Below, piece after piece: positions 26,529 through 26,660 of a stretch of 26,660 nucleotides of DNA. Position numbers and translations under genes: made by a program. The notes below the pieces were generated by a model. That model had not been told where the DNA came from. It was given only the letters and a program-made list of their open reading frames with translations, and ran no database searches. Origin of the DNA: Tolypothrix carrinoi HA7290-LM1 (lineage in GTDB: Bacteria; Cyanobacteriota; Cyanobacteriia; Cyanobacteriales; Nostocaceae). Each line of letters opens with the position of its first letter. Position 1 is the stretch's first letter. The stretch is taken from assembly GCA_019358935.1 (NCBI GenBank), contig JAHHIK010000113.1, forward strand, positions 1-26,660, written 5' to 3'.

Positions 26529-26660
26529 ACTACTAACTGGAGTTTAGACTAAAAGTCGGCGCTCACTCCTCTAAGAGTTCAAAACTACTAAAAAGCCGAA
26601 GTTGAGTACAGGTATAAAAAAGTGAAGGTGAGTCTGTGGTTGTTGCAGGCATCCTGGCAA

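Overview
This is cyanobacterial DNA (about 18 HIP1 GCGATCGC octamers, Nostocales-like genes), probably from a large plasmid, and it has two parts. (1) 1-14.1 kb is a metal-homeostasis island. It carries chrA (cut by an IS607-like end), a DUF442/phosphatase-fold gene, PadR, a SAM methyltransferase, a frameshifted Cys-rich copper-storage gene, an NrsD/NreB Ni-efflux MFS, a triply broken mntH, broken ynfA, cbtB, two exported/membrane proteins, aztR-aztA (Zn/Cd/Pb P1B-ATPase) and a long GntR regulator. Candidate CopR, InrS/CsoR, ManR, Zur and SmtB/AztR operators are visible. Two related ~195-bp non-autonomous palindromic elements with IS200/IS605-like ends sit in and beside mntH. (2) 14.1-26.6 kb is a plasmid-backbone-like region. 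It holds decayed genes (IS66 and GIY-YIG remnants), an IS630-like HTH without a DDE domain, a ParB-N protein, and a frameshifted stand-alone copy of that protein's C-terminal domain. It also holds a ~1206-aa Zn-finger/TOPRIM-like/SF2-helicase replication protein flanked by palindrome-dense non-coding DNA, a BRO-N-like protein and tandem ParA/MobD-like ATPase paralogs. All family calls come from motif recognition by eye; no database searches were run.
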